Part shown: positions 1 through 10,782 of the stretch, piece by piece
Numbering within the stretch: position 1 is the stretch's first letter
How the letters are laid out: every line of letters begins with the position of its first letter
From: an uncultured Flavobacteriales bacterium
GTDB taxonomy: Bacteria; Bacteroidota; Bacteroidia; Flavobacteriales_D; Parvicellaceae
Direction of reading: 5' to 3'
Assembly: GCA_913042175.1 (NCBI GenBank)
Contig: CAJWIX010000001.1
Location: 15,231 to 79,230 of the forward strand
DNA length: 64,000 bases
Made by a program: the position numbers and the translations under genes
Notes under the pieces: generated by a model
Database searches by the model: none
Seen by the model: the letters and a program-made list of their open reading frames with translations, nothing else
Told to the model about the DNA's origin: nothing

Positions 1-869
1 TCTAGTCCTCTTTCCCTTTCATGAAATAGGATAGGTGTATTTTGAGGTTCATTTGCATTGATTATTCGATATTCGTCACTTAATGTGCTTGACGAATTTA
101 TGATAACATAATTTTCAGATTTTGACTTATACACCGAACAATAAAACGTTTCATCAGTTTCTTCATAAACTAACACATCTTCTTTTTGACTGGTCCCAAG
201 TTGGTGAGCATAAATCTGAAATGATCGAAGGGTTTTTAAATCCTGTTTAACATAAAATAAGGTCTTGTTATCATTTGCCCATGTGACTGACCCTGTTGTT
301 TGTTCTAATGTTTCTGGATATAGTTCACCAGTTTTAAGGTTTTTAATATGTATTTGGTATATTCTTCTAGATAGTGTGTCAATGCTGTAAGCCATTAGCT
401 CATTGTTGGTGGAGATGTCATAATCACCAAAATCAAAATAATCATATTTTTCAGCTATTGGATTACAATCGATAAGTAGTTCATCTTCACTACTATTTAT
501 TTTTTTTCTCCAATATTTTGGATATTCATTTCCTTCCTTGAACTCTCTCCAATATATATAATCGTGCCATTCATATGGAACACTTTTATCATCTTTCTTT
601 ATTCTACTTTTTAGTTCTTTATAAAGCTTTTCTTGCAAATTTTCAGTGTCCTCAAGTACTTTATTAGTGTAATTGTTTTCTGCATTGAGATAGTCTATTA
701 CTTTGCTGTCTTTTCTATTGTTTAGCCAGAAATAATTGTCTGTTCTTTGGTCATTATGTATAGAAAGGACTTTAGGATGCTTTTCACATACAGGTGGGAT
801 TATTTTTTCGTTCATATTTTGGTTACATGAAGTTAAAATCAATATTGGTAAAAGAAGGTTAAATTTCAT
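1..869 (-). CDS. S9A-family serine peptidase (oligopeptidase B / prolyl oligopeptidase-like), N-terminal part. The 3' end lies outside the window.
   Basis: Own translation of the minus strand from ATG 869-867: MKFNLLLPILILTSCNQNMNEKIIPPVCEKHPKVLSIHNDQRTDNYFWLNNRKDSKVIDYLNAENNYTNKV... It stays open to position 1 (...NANEPQNTPILFHERERGL). Lipobox LTSC. D-x-Y-x-WL and YL-x-AEN-x-YT are typical of the S9A N-terminal region. It is absent from the ORF track because it runs off the window. Confidence 0.7.
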   Translation of the reverse strand, partial: MKFNLLLPILILTSCNQNMNEKIIPPVCEKHPKVLSIHNDQRTDNYFWLNNRKDSKVIDYLNAENNYTNKVLEDTENLQEKLYKELKSRIKKDDKSVPYEWHDYIYWREFKEGNEYPKYWRKKINSSEDELLIDCNPIAEKYDYFDFGDYDISTNNELMAYSIDTLSRRIYQIHIKNLKTGELYPETLEQTTGSVTWANDNKTLFYVKQDLKTLRSFQIYAHQLGTSQKEDVLVYEETDETFYCSVYKSKSENYVIINSSSTLSDEYRIINANEPQNTPILFHERERGL

Positions 870-874
870 TACGA

Positions 875-1777
875 CTAATATAGTACAATAGATAAAATGG
901 CAAGTCCTATTATTAGTTTATAGCATGTATTAATTCGTTCATAGTGTTTTGCATTTCGTGCATGATGTAGCATATAAATATTTACAGTTATTATTAAAAG
1001 AGAAATGATAAAATAAATTGAAATAAAAGTTTCAATTATTATTGGTAATAGTGTCAGAATAGCTAGAATTGAGCTTATCATCATGTAAAAAATGATATAT
1101 TTTGAACTTTTAATACCAAATAATATAGGTATGCTTTTTTCCCCAACAATTAAATCTCCTTTAAGTGAGATCATTTTTTTAATGATTTCTCGAGTTAAAT
1201 CTATCGTGAAAATGTAAGTTGAAAAAATAATTAGTGTTTTGTCAATTTTCATATAAAGCACACTGATGCCCACAAAAAAACTTATCATTAGTAAAGAGGC
1301 ACTTATTTCACCAAGTAAAGGTTTTTTTCTGAGTTTGTGCGAGTATATCCACAAAGCAACATTGAGCATACTTATAAAAATCCAAATTTTATAGTTAATA
1401 AAATAAGCCAGAATTATGCTTGATAAAACACAAAAAACATAAAGGTTTAGGCAGCTTTTTTTACTGACAACTCTGTTAAAATAAGTCTTGTTAGGATGGT
1501 TGATCATGTCTTTCTCAAAGTCGTAGAAAGCATTAATTAGATAGCCTCCCATGATGCTTAGAACAATAGACAAGACATAAAAGTGCGTATCAAGACTTTG
1601 AAGTGTGAAAAAAAATCGTTTTGCCGTATTGAACATAAAGATTTGAACGAAATATAGGCTAACTATGATTAAGGAGATATTATACCATCTTACAATAGAA
1701 AGTAGGGCCAATAATTTTATGAAAATTGACTTTTTAGAGGGTTGTTGTTGAATAGATTTAGAATCTATGGATGACAT
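875..1777 (-). CDS. UbiA-superfamily prenyltransferase (DGGGP-synthase-like subgroup suspected)
   Basis: 300 aa, polytopic and hydrophobic. Asp-rich motif region NAFYDFEKDMINHPNK. The start overlaps the stop of the upstream mevalonate kinase by 20 nt. It is the last gene of the MVA operon. Confidence 0.75.
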   Translation of the reverse strand: MSSIDSKSIQQQPSKKSIFIKLLALLSIVRWYNISLIIVSLYFVQIFMFNTAKRFFFTLQSLDTHFYVLSIVLSIMGGYLINAFYDFEKDMINHPNKTYFNRVVSKKSCLNLYVFCVLSSIILAYFINYKIWIFISMLNVALWIYSHKLRKKPLLGEISASLLMISFFVGISVLYMKIDKTLIIFSTYIFTIDLTREIIKKMISLKGDLIVGEKSIPILFGIKSSKYIIFYMMISSILAILTLLPIIIETFISIYFIISLLIITVNIYMLHHARNAKHYERINTCYKLIIGLAILSIVLY

Positions 1778-2711
1778 CTAGCTGATAATCACTCAATTTA
1801 TCTTGAGCTACTTCAAAGTTTTCGGTAAATCCAAGTATAAAACCACCACCACCAGAGCCACATAACTTGAGATAATACGCGTTACTTTCAATTCCTTCTT
1901 TCCATAACTCCCTGTAAATCTTAGGAATCATGGGTTGAAAATGTTCATATAAAACCTTTGATAATGACTTGACATTTTTAAGTAATGATTTCCCTTCATT
2001 TTTAAGAAAGGCTTCAATACTTGCATCATTATATTTCTTGAATTTGTTTTTGAGCATATTCCGAAAACCTTCTTCTTTACATTTTTCAAGAAAATGTTGT
2101 ACTAATGGTTGGGTATTACCAACTTGACCAGTATTTAATAAAAATATGGCTCCTTGACCTTCTGCAGAATCTGGAATACCAACCGTACCTATTTCATTTT
2201 TAGATTTAATGAGAACGGGAATCTTTAAATAACAAATTAGAGGATCTAAACCGGAACTTGTGCCATGAAAATAGCTTTCAAGGCTACTGAATATTTTTTT
2301 TAGGGCTAGTATGTCTTCATTTGAAATCTTGTTATTTGCATCAATTTTGTCAGATTTACAAAACTTATCATAAATTGCTGCTACAATTGCACCAGAGCTA
2401 CCAATGCCAAAACCTTGAGGAATAGACGAGTCAAAATATAGACCGTGATCTAATTCTTCTTTAAACTTGTCTAAATTGAGGTCGCATGGTAGATTTTCAT
2501 CTCTTTTTAGAGAAATAAGATGATTGTAGTAATTCAACAAAGATTGGTTAGATTTTGTTGAATATGTAGAGGGACTTTTGCTGTATAAAAATTGACCATT
2601 ATAATCAGTATAAGGGATAGATAAGCCCATAGAATCTTGAATAATACCATATTCTCCAAAAAGAAGAATTTTTCCATAGTATAAAGATTCTTTAATCATA
2701 GTTTGCTTCAA
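1758..2711 (-). CDS. mvk: mevalonate kinase (GHMP family)
   Basis: GHMP motif PQGFGIGSSGAIVAAI, C-terminal GSGGGGFILGF and N-terminal GKILLFGEYGII. Operon context. An alternative ATG lies 12 nt downstream (MIKESL...). Confidence 0.75.
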   Translation of the reverse strand: MKQTMIKESLYYGKILLFGEYGIIQDSMGLSIPYTDYNGQFLYSKSPSTYSTKSNQSLLNYYNHLISLKRDENLPCDLNLDKFKEELDHGLYFDSSIPQGFGIGSSGAIVAAIYDKFCKSDKIDANNKISNEDILALKKIFSSLESYFHGTSSGLDPLICYLKIPVLIKSKNEIGTVGIPDSAEGQGAIFLLNTGQVGNTQPLVQHFLEKCKEEGFRNMLKNKFKKYNDASIEAFLKNEGKSLLKNVKSLSKVLYEHFQPMIPKIYRELWKEGIESNAYYLKLCGSGGGGFILGFTENFEVAQDKLSDYQLDVIHRF

Positions 2712-3771
2712 TTAATTTGGTACCCTGACCAATATGATCACAAATATACTGCTCATTTTCGCAATAAACAATTAATTCTTTTTGAATAAAATCAAGTACT
2801 TGTTGTGAATAAAGCTTTGGATAAAGCAAATGAACATTTGCTCCAGCATCTAATGTGAAACTAATTGGGACGTTAGCCTTGTTTCTGTATTCCCATATTT
2901 TATTGATGGTAGCTAATGTTCCCTCCCTCATTAGTATAAAATATGGATTGGAGGTCATCATCATAGCGTGAAGTGTAAGTGCTTCACTTTCAGTAATTTG
3001 TATAAAATCATTTACGTCACCATCTTTTAAAGCTTGGAGTAATTTTTTGATATTGTTTTGAGCTTGTGAAAATCGTTGTTCAGCAAAGGGGTGATTTTTC
3101 ATTAGCCCATGACCAACGGTAGAACTTACCTTCTTTTGTCCTTTATCAATGAGTAAAATAGTGTCTTGGTAGCTTTTAAAAACATCATGAACGTTATCGT
3201 AAGCCATTCCGTAAAAATCTGATGAATTTTTAATGTCTTGATGTTCCCCCCAAATAGCTAATGGTCCATAAATTGACCTACAAGCACTGCCTGAGCCCAA
3301 TCGGCTAAGAAAAGATGCTTTATCCATAACTTGTTGAGTAGTAAGTTCAGCTATTTTTTGTTCAAGTTGTACAATAGCATAGGCTAATGCACTAAAACCT
3401 GATGCGGAAGAAGCTATTCCACTACTGTGAGGAAATGTATTTTTTGTTTCAATTTTAAGTTTGTAGTCAAAAATATAAGGAATGTAATCTTTTACTCTTT
3501 CAAAAAACTGTTCAATTTTGGGTAAGAATTGAGTGTTGTTTTTATTGTCAACAAATAGATCTATTTCAAATTTTGAAGCTCTTTCAAAATTAAGCGTGGT
3601 TATAGTATGGCAATTATTTAACGTAAAGCTAATAGAAGTATTTGTTGGAATTTGTACTGGTTTTTTCCCCCAATATTTTACCAATGCAATATTTGATGGG
3701 CTTTGAACAGAAATGGAACCTTTTTTAATGATTTGTCCATTTGGTTTGTATGTGAATTTTGTTTCGCTCAT
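2692..3771 (-). CDS. mvaD: diphosphomevalonate decarboxylase
   Basis: IALVKYWGKK and HSSGIASSASGFSALA motifs, 359 aa. It overlaps both neighbouring genes. Confidence 0.85.
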   Translation of the reverse strand: MSETKFTYKPNGQIIKKGSISVQSPSNIALVKYWGKKPVQIPTNTSISFTLNNCHTITTLNFERASKFEIDLFVDNKNNTQFLPKIEQFFERVKDYIPYIFDYKLKIETKNTFPHSSGIASSASGFSALAYAIVQLEQKIAELTTQQVMDKASFLSRLGSGSACRSIYGPLAIWGEHQDIKNSSDFYGMAYDNVHDVFKSYQDTILLIDKGQKKVSSTVGHGLMKNHPFAEQRFSQAQNNIKKLLQALKDGDVNDFIQITESEALTLHAMMMTSNPYFILMREGTLATINKIWEYRNKANVPISFTLDAGANVHLLYPKLYSQQVLDFIQKELIVYCENEQYICDHIGQGTKLIEANYD

Positions 3772-4667
3772 GATAAAATCATATCCTCAAATGAAAATAC
3801 TGTATTAAATCCTTTTTCGTGAAAATAGGTGTGATTTTTTCTTGTTGCTAGAATGAAATCACCTCCCCAAGCACCTAGAGATTTAATGGCACCAGGGTAA
3901 TCACTAAAAATTTTTTCTTTTACAGGAATTTGATTTAAACACTTTCCAAGTAGCTTTTCGTGGTTGTCAATAAGTTTTTCAAAATCATTTAGATCATGAC
4001 ACCTAATAATGGCTTCAGTTAATTTACTAGCGTGTTTTATGTCTTCGCTATTTATAAATGCCTTATTGAATTTGTCTACTTCAGTTTGACTATTTTGTTT
4101 TTTATTGAGAAATACAAACTGAATTTCTTTTTTAAAATCAGGATCCCACTTCATAGTATTGACCTCAGACTCATTATGGTTTTTAAGCGTATAAGTGATA
4201 GGTAAGTCTGATCCAGCACAAGCAACATCGTATCCACTACCATTTGAAACAGAAAAATGCAATTTCATTGGATTGATTTCATATAATTTTGAAATATTCC
4301 AAATTAGTGTGGAGCTAGAGCCAAGCCCCCAATTTCTTTCAAAATTAAGATTAGTAACAATTTCACCAGATTTTACTTTTGATTCATTACTTAAGTGTTG
4401 TGCTTGGACTAATATCTTTAGAAGAAATTCAGCTTTTTGGTCATTGCTTGTATTTACTATCGCTGATTTAATAAGGTCAAATGTTGCACTAAACCAGGTT
4501 TTATTATTATTGTCAAGACTGTTCCATACTAACAATGAATCATTTTTTGTTTTATCGTAATGCAATGATTGACCAAATTTGGTAGGTATAGCAAGAGATT
4601 TAGCTCCTTTAAGAATTAAATATTCTCCTGTGATAAGTAATTTACCGTTGGCGTGGAAGGACTTCAA
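3768..4667 (-). CDS. GHMP-superfamily kinase of the GYD[IV]A type, candidate phosphomevalonate kinase
   Basis: WGLGSSSTLIWNI (GHMP motif II) and SGYDVACAG signature. It sits between HMG-CoA reductase and MVD with 4-nt ATGA-type overlaps on both sides. Confidence 0.65.
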   Translation of the reverse strand: MKSFHANGKLLITGEYLILKGAKSLAIPTKFGQSLHYDKTKNDSLLVWNSLDNNNKTWFSATFDLIKSAIVNTSNDQKAEFLLKILVQAQHLSNESKVKSGEIVTNLNFERNWGLGSSSTLIWNISKLYEINPMKLHFSVSNGSGYDVACAGSDLPITYTLKNHNESEVNTMKWDPDFKKEIQFVFLNKKQNSQTEVDKFNKAFINSEDIKHASKLTEAIIRCHDLNDFEKLIDNHEKLLGKCLNQIPVKEKIFSDYPGAIKSLGAWGGDFILATRKNHTYFHEKGFNTVFSFEDMILS

Positions 4668-6013
4668 GAACCCTGATTCACTTTAGATTTATTCTTAATG
4701 CCTCTTAGTTTGCAAAATTCATCTACAACATCTCTGTGTGAAACAACTTTATCCCTAAAATGAAATTTGATTTTTTCTCGTTCTTCTTCAGTAGCCCCTA
4801 ATTGATTTAGGATGTTTAATAAGTGCATTTTCATGTGACCCTTCTGTATACCCGTAGTTACTAAAGATCTGACTGCACCAAAATTTTGTGCTAGTCCTAC
4901 TGCTGCCATTATTTTCATCAAATCTTGAGCATTTGGATTACCCAATAATTGGTGAGAAAACTTAACCATAGGATGCAGCGCAGTTAAACCGCCAATAGTT
5001 CCAACTGCAATAGGTATTTCAATCCAAAATTTAAACTGGCCATCTTTTATGTCAACATGGGTTAGACTTCGATACTGCCCTGATTTAGAGGCATATGTGT
5101 GGCCACATGCTTCAATAGCTCTAAAGTCGTTTCCAGTTGCTATGACTACAGCATCAATACCATTAAAAATACCTTTATTATGTGTAGTTGCTCTGTAAGG
5201 CTCAATGTTGGCAACATGAATAGCTTGTTCAAACTTTTTAGCAAATTCGTTTGGATCAATACTTGGGTCTACATTTAATTCTTCAATAGGACAAGAAACT
5301 TCACATTTAACCAAACATTCAGGTGTGTAGTTACTTAGAATACACATAATAATTACAACACGCTTATCCTCTTCTGTAAAATTACTTTCTTGAATTTCTC
5401 TTTCAAGAATTTTAGAAAATTTCTCTAATAAGCTATTGATGAAATTAGCTCCCATCGCTTCACAAGTCTCAAATTTAGCTACGAGTTGATAGTAGTTCGG
5501 CTCTAAGTCAGTTTTATTAACAATGTCAATATCTAATATTCCCCCTCCACGAGCTCTCATATTAGCCGTCATTTTTTCAGTTTCTTGAAAAAACTTAGGT
5601 TTAATTTGCTTAAATAATGCTTTTAATTTTTTAAAATCACCATACCAAGCGAAATGAACGTGACCAATTTTAGTAGTAGAGATTACTTCAGACTTAAATC
5701 CGCCTCTTTCTAACCAAAATGATGCGTTTTTGGCAGATGCTGCAACTACAGAACTTTCTTCAATAGCCATAGGGATACAAAAGACTCTATCATTAATTAA
5801 GAAGTTGGGTGCTATACCAAATGGGATGTAAAAGTTTGTAATGGTGTTTTCAATGAACTCGTCATGTATCTTTTGTACATTCTTGTCCTCATGCCAATAG
5901 CTTTTCAATAACCCAATACATCTATCATCGCCACCAAGATACTCATTGGCAATCCATTCCATCTTAGCTTCTTTAGATAGCTTTGAAAATCCTTTAATTG
6001 GTTTTGGTGTCAT
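4664..6013 (-). CDS. mvaA: HMG-CoA reductase, class II
   Basis: EESSVVAASA, EAMGANFIN, VGTIGG and NFGAVRSLVTTGIQKGHMKMH motifs, 449 aa. Confidence 0.9.
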   Translation of the reverse strand: MTPKPIKGFSKLSKEAKMEWIANEYLGGDDRCIGLLKSYWHEDKNVQKIHDEFIENTITNFYIPFGIAPNFLINDRVFCIPMAIEESSVVAASAKNASFWLERGGFKSEVISTTKIGHVHFAWYGDFKKLKALFKQIKPKFFQETEKMTANMRARGGGILDIDIVNKTDLEPNYYQLVAKFETCEAMGANFINSLLEKFSKILEREIQESNFTEEDKRVVIIMCILSNYTPECLVKCEVSCPIEELNVDPSIDPNEFAKKFEQAIHVANIEPYRATTHNKGIFNGIDAVVIATGNDFRAIEACGHTYASKSGQYRSLTHVDIKDGQFKFWIEIPIAVGTIGGLTALHPMVKFSHQLLGNPNAQDLMKIMAAVGLAQNFGAVRSLVTTGIQKGHMKMHLLNILNQLGATEEEREKIKFHFRDKVVSHRDVVDEFCKLRGIKNKSKVNQGS

Positions 6014-6026
6014 AAAAAATTTTTTG

Positions 6027-6034
6027 CAAATGTA
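6027..6034 (-). promoter_or_regulatory. Bacteroidetes-type -7 box TACATTTG (consensus TAnnTTTG) for the MVA operon
   Basis: The minus strand reads TACATTTG, then 13 nt, then the ATG of HMGR. Confidence 0.5.
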
Positions 6035-6220
6035 AATTAATTTAAAATCTTTTTGTTTAAAAAAACAATAACAAAGTTAAACAAAATTTACTAAATAAAT
6101 ATTCTAACATTCAATTTCAGTATTTTTTATTAAAAATTGGTTTTATAGATTTCATGATTAATTTAGTGTGCTAATCTTATTATTTGATTTCAAACTATCC
6201 AATTTTAATCATAATTATCA

Positions 6221-7897
6221 ATGACACAAAAAACAAACTACTCAGCCTTATCTACCTTAGTAACCGTTTTCTTTTTTTGGGGTTTTATAGCTGCTTCCAA
6301 TGGAGTATTTATTCCATTTTGTAAAACTTATTTTAATATTGATCAATTCCAATCTCAATTGGTTGATTTTGCTTTTTATGGTGCTTATTATTTTGGAGCG
6401 TTAGCATTATTTGTGGTTTCCAGTACAACCGGAAAAGATGTATTAAATAAATGGGGTTATAAAAATGGAATTATCTATGGATTACTTATATCCTCTTTAG
6501 GCGCATTGGCCGTGTTGCCTGCAGTAAATAATGCACAAATGGGTGATGCAGAAGTGTTTTATTATGTATTAATTGCCTATTTCATTGTGGCACTAGGATT
6601 TTCCTTACAACAAACTGCGGCTCAACCATTTGCTATTTCTCTTGGTGATCCAGCCAAAGGTTCTCATAGACTTAACCTAGCTGGAGGAGTCAATTCTTTT
6701 GGCACCACCATTGGTCCAATTGTAGTGGCATTAATAATTTTTGGAAGTACTCCTTTAAGCGGAGATGAATTAAATAACTTAATTAATGAGGGCAAAATCC
6801 AAATTTCCACCATACAGTATTTGTATTTAGGTGTTACAGCATTATTCTTAGGAGCAGCAGCTTTATTTTATTTTTCTAAAAAATTACCATCAGCTGATGG
6901 CGAAACTACTTTTGAAACAGCCAGAAAGGCCATGGTAATTTTGTTGTTAATAACAGCAGTTATAAGTGTATGTTTTGCTCTTGTATTTGTATCTTATGGT
7001 TCAACTGATTTAAGTTTTTTCAAAGAGCATATTGAAGAAAAAAGATTGCTTTTACTAGTGATTTCTTTATTAATTATTTTGGTTGGATTAATCTTTGCAT
7101 ACTGGCAATCTTCCAAGAACCCATCTGGATGGGGTGCTATGCAAAAACCTCAACTCTTACTGGGAATGATAGCCATTTTCACCTATGTTGGAGTAGAAGT
7201 AACTATACAAAGTAATTTAGGCGAATTACTCAAGTTTGTTTCAGATGAAACAAAAAAACTAAATCCACTAGGACTTAAAGTAATGAATGATGCCGAAATT
7301 GCCCCTTACATATCATTGTATTGGGGTGGTTTAATGATAGGTAGATGGGTTGGTGCCATTACTGTATTTAATCCAACTAAAGGTTTGAAAAAAGTACTTT
7401 ATATATTGGTTCCATACATAGCTTTTGGCGTTATTCTTCTTGTGAACTTTGGTGCTTATACAATGGTAGATATAATAGCTTTTTCAATTTGTGTTGCAGT
7501 ACAAATTGGTGGCTTCTTTCTTGCAAAAGATGCTCCTGTTCGCACATTGAAAATTTTTAGTTTACTGGGCGTATTAGGAATGTTAATTGGTCTTTTTGCT
7601 CATGGAAATTTAGCTCTGTATGCCTTTTTATGTGGTGGTTTGTTTTGCTCAATTATGTGGCCTTGTATTTTTTCTTTAAGTATCAGAAATCTTGGTAAGT
7701 ACACTTCTCAGGGTTCAGCTTTTTTAATAATGATGATTTTGGGTGGAGCAATTATTCCTCCTATACAGGGAAAGTTGGCAGATATAATTGGAATTCAACC
7801 TTCATATTGGATAGCTGTTTTTTGTTTTCTTTATTTGTTAATTTACGCATACATGACTAAAAATATTTTAGCAAAACAAGGTGTTGAGACTGACTAA
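6221..7897 (+). CDS. MFS sugar transporter (FucP / glucose-galactose permease-like), extended form
   Basis: 558 aa and polytopic. The N-terminus ([24 protein letters not shown]) and overall pattern resemble FucP-family symporters. There are extra hydrophobic segments around aa 235-295. Confidence 0.75.
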   Translation: MTQKTNYSALSTLVTVFFFWGFIAASNGVFIPFCKTYFNIDQFQSQLVDFAFYGAYYFGALALFVVSSTTGKDVLNKWGYKNGIIYGLLISSLGALAVLPAVNNAQMGDAEVFYYVLIAYFIVALGFSLQQTAAQPFAISLGDPAKGSHRLNLAGGVNSFGTTIGPIVVALIIFGSTPLSGDELNNLINEGKIQISTIQYLYLGVTALFLGAAALFYFSKKLPSADGETTFETARKAMVILLLITAVISVCFALVFVSYGSTDLSFFKEHIEEKRLLLLVISLLIILVGLIFAYWQSSKNPSGWGAMQKPQLLLGMIAIFTYVGVEVTIQSNLGELLKFVSDETKKLNPLGLKVMNDAEIAPYISLYWGGLMIGRWVGAITVFNPTKGLKKVLYILVPYIAFGVILLVNFGAYTMVDIIAFSICVAVQIGGFFLAKDAPVRTLKIFSLLGVLGMLIGLFAHGNLALYAFLCGGLFCSIMWPCIFSLSIRNLGKYTSQGSAFLIMMILGGAIIPPIQGKLADIIGIQPSYWIAVFCFLYLLIYAYMTKNILAKQGVETD

Positions 7898-10781
7898 ATA
7901 TTTCTTTTACATTTCTTTATTTGCTGCAATTACTTGTTGTAGTAAAAGTAATAGTGATGTTCTTAAATACATCAATCCTTTTATTGGTACTGGAGCACAT
8001 GGACATACTTTTCCAGGTCCGACCAGGCCATTTGGTATGGTTCAAATAGGTCCTGATACCCGAATTGAAGGTTGGGATGGTTGTTCAGGTTATCATTACT
8101 CTGATAGCATTATATATGGATTTTCTCATACACACCTTAGTGGTACTGGTATTGGTGATTATTGCGATTTACTTATTATGCCATTCTCAGGGGAACTTAC
8201 TTTTAATAATGGATATAATGATAACAATGAGTTATGTTATTCCTCATTATTTGATAAGAAAAATGAGACGGCCAAAGCAGGTTTTTATGAAGTAGTCCTT
8301 TCCAAACATCAAATTACTGCAAAGTTAACTTGTACTGATAGGGTAGGAATTCATAAATATACTTACAAGAATTCACAGGATGCACGGTTGATTATAGATT
8401 TGGAACATCGTGATAAATTATTAGATTGGAATTTGTCAATAAATGAAGATAATCAATTGACAGGCAGCAGAATTTCAAGTTCATGGGCCAATAAACAGTT
8501 TTTCTATTTCTGTATGGATTTTTCATCTGATTATCATATTGAGTATAATAACACGAATGCTCCAACTAAGGCCGTCATTACTTTTAAAAATTTGGAAAAA
8601 GATGAATTAATGGTGAAAGTTGGAATATCAACTGTTAGTGAAGAAAATGCCAAAAATAATCTCATGCATGAAGCGTCACACTGGGATTTTAATCAATACA
8701 GACTTGAGGCTGAAGATAGTTGGAGAAAAGAAATGGATAAAATTCAAATTGAAACCAATCATGACAGCATTAAGACTATTTTTTACACCTCACTTTACCA
8801 CAGTGCTATAGCGCCAAACTTGATAAGTGATGTAAATGGGTCTTATAGAGGTACAGATTTTAAAATTCACCACGATGATAAGCCTAATTATACTGTTTTT
8901 TCATTGTGGGACACCTTTAGATCTACTCATCCTCTTTACAATATTATATATAGAGATAAAACAGCTTTGTTTCTCAACACCTTCAATAATCAATACAAAA
9001 ATGGAGGTCAACTGCCAATTTGGGAATTGTCAGCCAATTACACAGGTTGTATGATAGGTTATCACTCTGTTTCTGCTATAGTTGATGCTTATGTTAAAGG
9101 AATTCAGTTTAATGATTATGCTTCATTATACAATGGTATGTTATCCATTGCCAGTAGAAATATTTTGGGTATACCTTCTTATTTAAAACATGGGTATATT
9201 CCTTCTCATGACGAATCGGAATCTGTTTCAAAAACATTAGAGTATGCTTATGATGATTGGTGTATTGCTCAATTAGCAAAGGAAATGAATGATTCTATAT
9301 CTTTTAACTCATTCATATCTAGGGCACAATCCTATAAAAATATATTTAATCCTGAAACTGGATTTATGCAACCTAAATACAATGGAACTTGGAAGTCCAA
9401 TTTTATTCCTTCAGAAGTGAACTTTAACTACACTGAGGCAAATGGTTGGCAATATGCATTCTTTGTTCCTCATGATATTGCAGGTTTAATTGAAAGTCAT
9501 GGTGGTAAAGATAATTTTGAACAACATTTAGATGGTCTTTTTAACAATGAATCAAAACTTGAAGGAAGACATCAAGCTGATATTACCGGTTTAATTGGTC
9601 AATATGCTCATGGTAATGAGCCCAGTCATCACATGGCTTATTTATACAATTGTATTGGGAAGCCAGAGAAAGCACAATACATGGTGCATAAAATTTTAAA
9701 TGATATGTATTCTTCCTCTCCAACTGGTATTGTAGGAAATGAAGATTGTGGTCAAATGTCTTCATGGTATGTACTCAGTGCAATAGGTTTATTTGATATT
9801 AATCCTGGAGATCCCTATTATGTAATACAAACCCCCTTAGTTAATTCAGCTTCTCTAAAATTAGAAAATGGACACTCTTTTTCCATTAAAAAAACTGCTG
9901 CAGATAATGACGAAATTTATATTACAAAAGTTGAGTTAAATGGTAAATTAATGGATAGAAACTACTTGCACATAGACGAAATCATGAAAGGTGGTGATTT
10001 GGTTGTCTATACCACCTCTGATTCGTCTAATAATTGGTCCATTAGTGATTATTACACCACTAAAATTTCTTCAAATATCATTACACCAAACCCTGTAATA
10101 AAAGCAGCGTCTAAAACATTTATGGATACGCTTAGTATATCAATAGATTGTTATCAATGTGACTCTATTCTTTATGGATTAGGTGAAAATAATATGTCTA
10201 CTTTTTATAAAAATCCGATTATAATTTCTAATTCTACTTCAATTAGCGCCATAGCATATTTTAATGGTGTAAAAAGTAAAATTGAGAAGGCAACATATAT
10301 TAAACATGATCAAGACTATGAAATCACTTTAAAAAACAATTACAGCAACCAATATACTGGTGGTGGAGCTAAGGCATTAATAGATGGTTTAACTGGCCCC
10401 AATAATTTTATGACTGGCCTATGGCAAGGATATCATAATGTAGATTTTGAAGCAATTGTTGATTTAAAAAATCCAACAAAAATTAATTCTATTAGTGTTG
10501 GGGCTTTACAAGATATACGTTCATGGATTTGGTTTCCAAAAGAAGTAGAATTTTATGTTTCGAAGGATGGAAAAGAATTTCAATTTGTAGATAAGAAAGC
10601 ACATGTTTTCCCCGATAATGAAGATAGATCTATGACTCATGTCTTTGAATCTAAATTAACCAAATCAACATTGGGGAGATACGTAAAAGTGGTGGCGAAA
10701 AATTATGGAAAATGTCCTAATTGGCACTTAGGGGCTGGAGGAGATACTTGGCTATTTTTTGACGAAATAAGAATTAATTAA
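7881..10781 (+). CDS. GH92 alpha-mannosidase lipoprotein with a C-terminal discoidin (F5/8 type C)-like domain
   Basis: [37 protein letters not shown] and [12 protein letters not shown] motifs. Lipobox AITCC. The GTG start lies 17 nt inside the MFS gene. Confidence 0.85.
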   Translation: MLRLTKYFFYISLFAAITCCSKSNSDVLKYINPFIGTGAHGHTFPGPTRPFGMVQIGPDTRIEGWDGCSGYHYSDSIIYGFSHTHLSGTGIGDYCDLLIMPFSGELTFNNGYNDNNELCYSSLFDKKNETAKAGFYEVVLSKHQITAKLTCTDRVGIHKYTYKNSQDARLIIDLEHRDKLLDWNLSINEDNQLTGSRISSSWANKQFFYFCMDFSSDYHIEYNNTNAPTKAVITFKNLEKDELMVKVGISTVSEENAKNNLMHEASHWDFNQYRLEAEDSWRKEMDKIQIETNHDSIKTIFYTSLYHSAIAPNLISDVNGSYRGTDFKIHHDDKPNYTVFSLWDTFRSTHPLYNIIYRDKTALFLNTFNNQYKNGGQLPIWELSANYTGCMIGYHSVSAIVDAYVKGIQFNDYASLYNGMLSIASRNILGIPSYLKHGYIPSHDESESVSKTLEYAYDDWCIAQLAKEMNDSISFNSFISRAQSYKNIFNPETGFMQPKYNGTWKSNFIPSEVNFNYTEANGWQYAFFVPHDIAGLIESHGGKDNFEQHLDGLFNNESKLEGRHQADITGLIGQYAHGNEPSHHMAYLYNCIGKPEKAQYMVHKILNDMYSSSPTGIVGNEDCGQMSSWYVLSAIGLFDINPGDPYYVIQTPLVNSASLKLENGHSFSIKKTAADNDEIYITKVELNGKLMDRNYLHIDEIMKGGDLVVYTTSDSSNNWSISDYYTTKISSNIITPNPVIKAASKTFMDTLSISIDCYQCDSILYGLGENNMSTFYKNPIIISNSTSISAIAYFNGVKSKIEKATYIKHDQDYEITLKNNYSNQYTGGGAKALIDGLTGPNNFMTGLWQGYHNVDFEAIVDLKNPTKINSISVGALQDIRSWIWFPKEVEFYVSKDGKEFQFVDKKAHVFPDNEDRSMTHVFESKLTKSTLGRYVKVVAKNYGKCPNWHLGAGGDTWLFFDEIRIN

Positions 10782-10782
10782 T

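Noticed and set aside
4195-4560. Antisense ORFs inside well-supported genes (4195-4560, 10904-11194, 11234-11449, 11489-11791, 19632-19979, 19976-20185, 24439-24756, 25036-25278, 25486-25689, 57196-57537)
   Set aside because: Each lies within a conserved enzyme gene on the other strand (GHMP kinase, glycosylasparaginase, ilvA, ilvD, glmM). None has independent support.
8065-9054. Three short same-strand alternative-frame ORFs inside the GH92 gene, plus 9583-9765 on the minus strand
   Set aside because: They are out of frame relative to a continuous 966-aa GH92 reading frame that has diagnostic motifs throughout.
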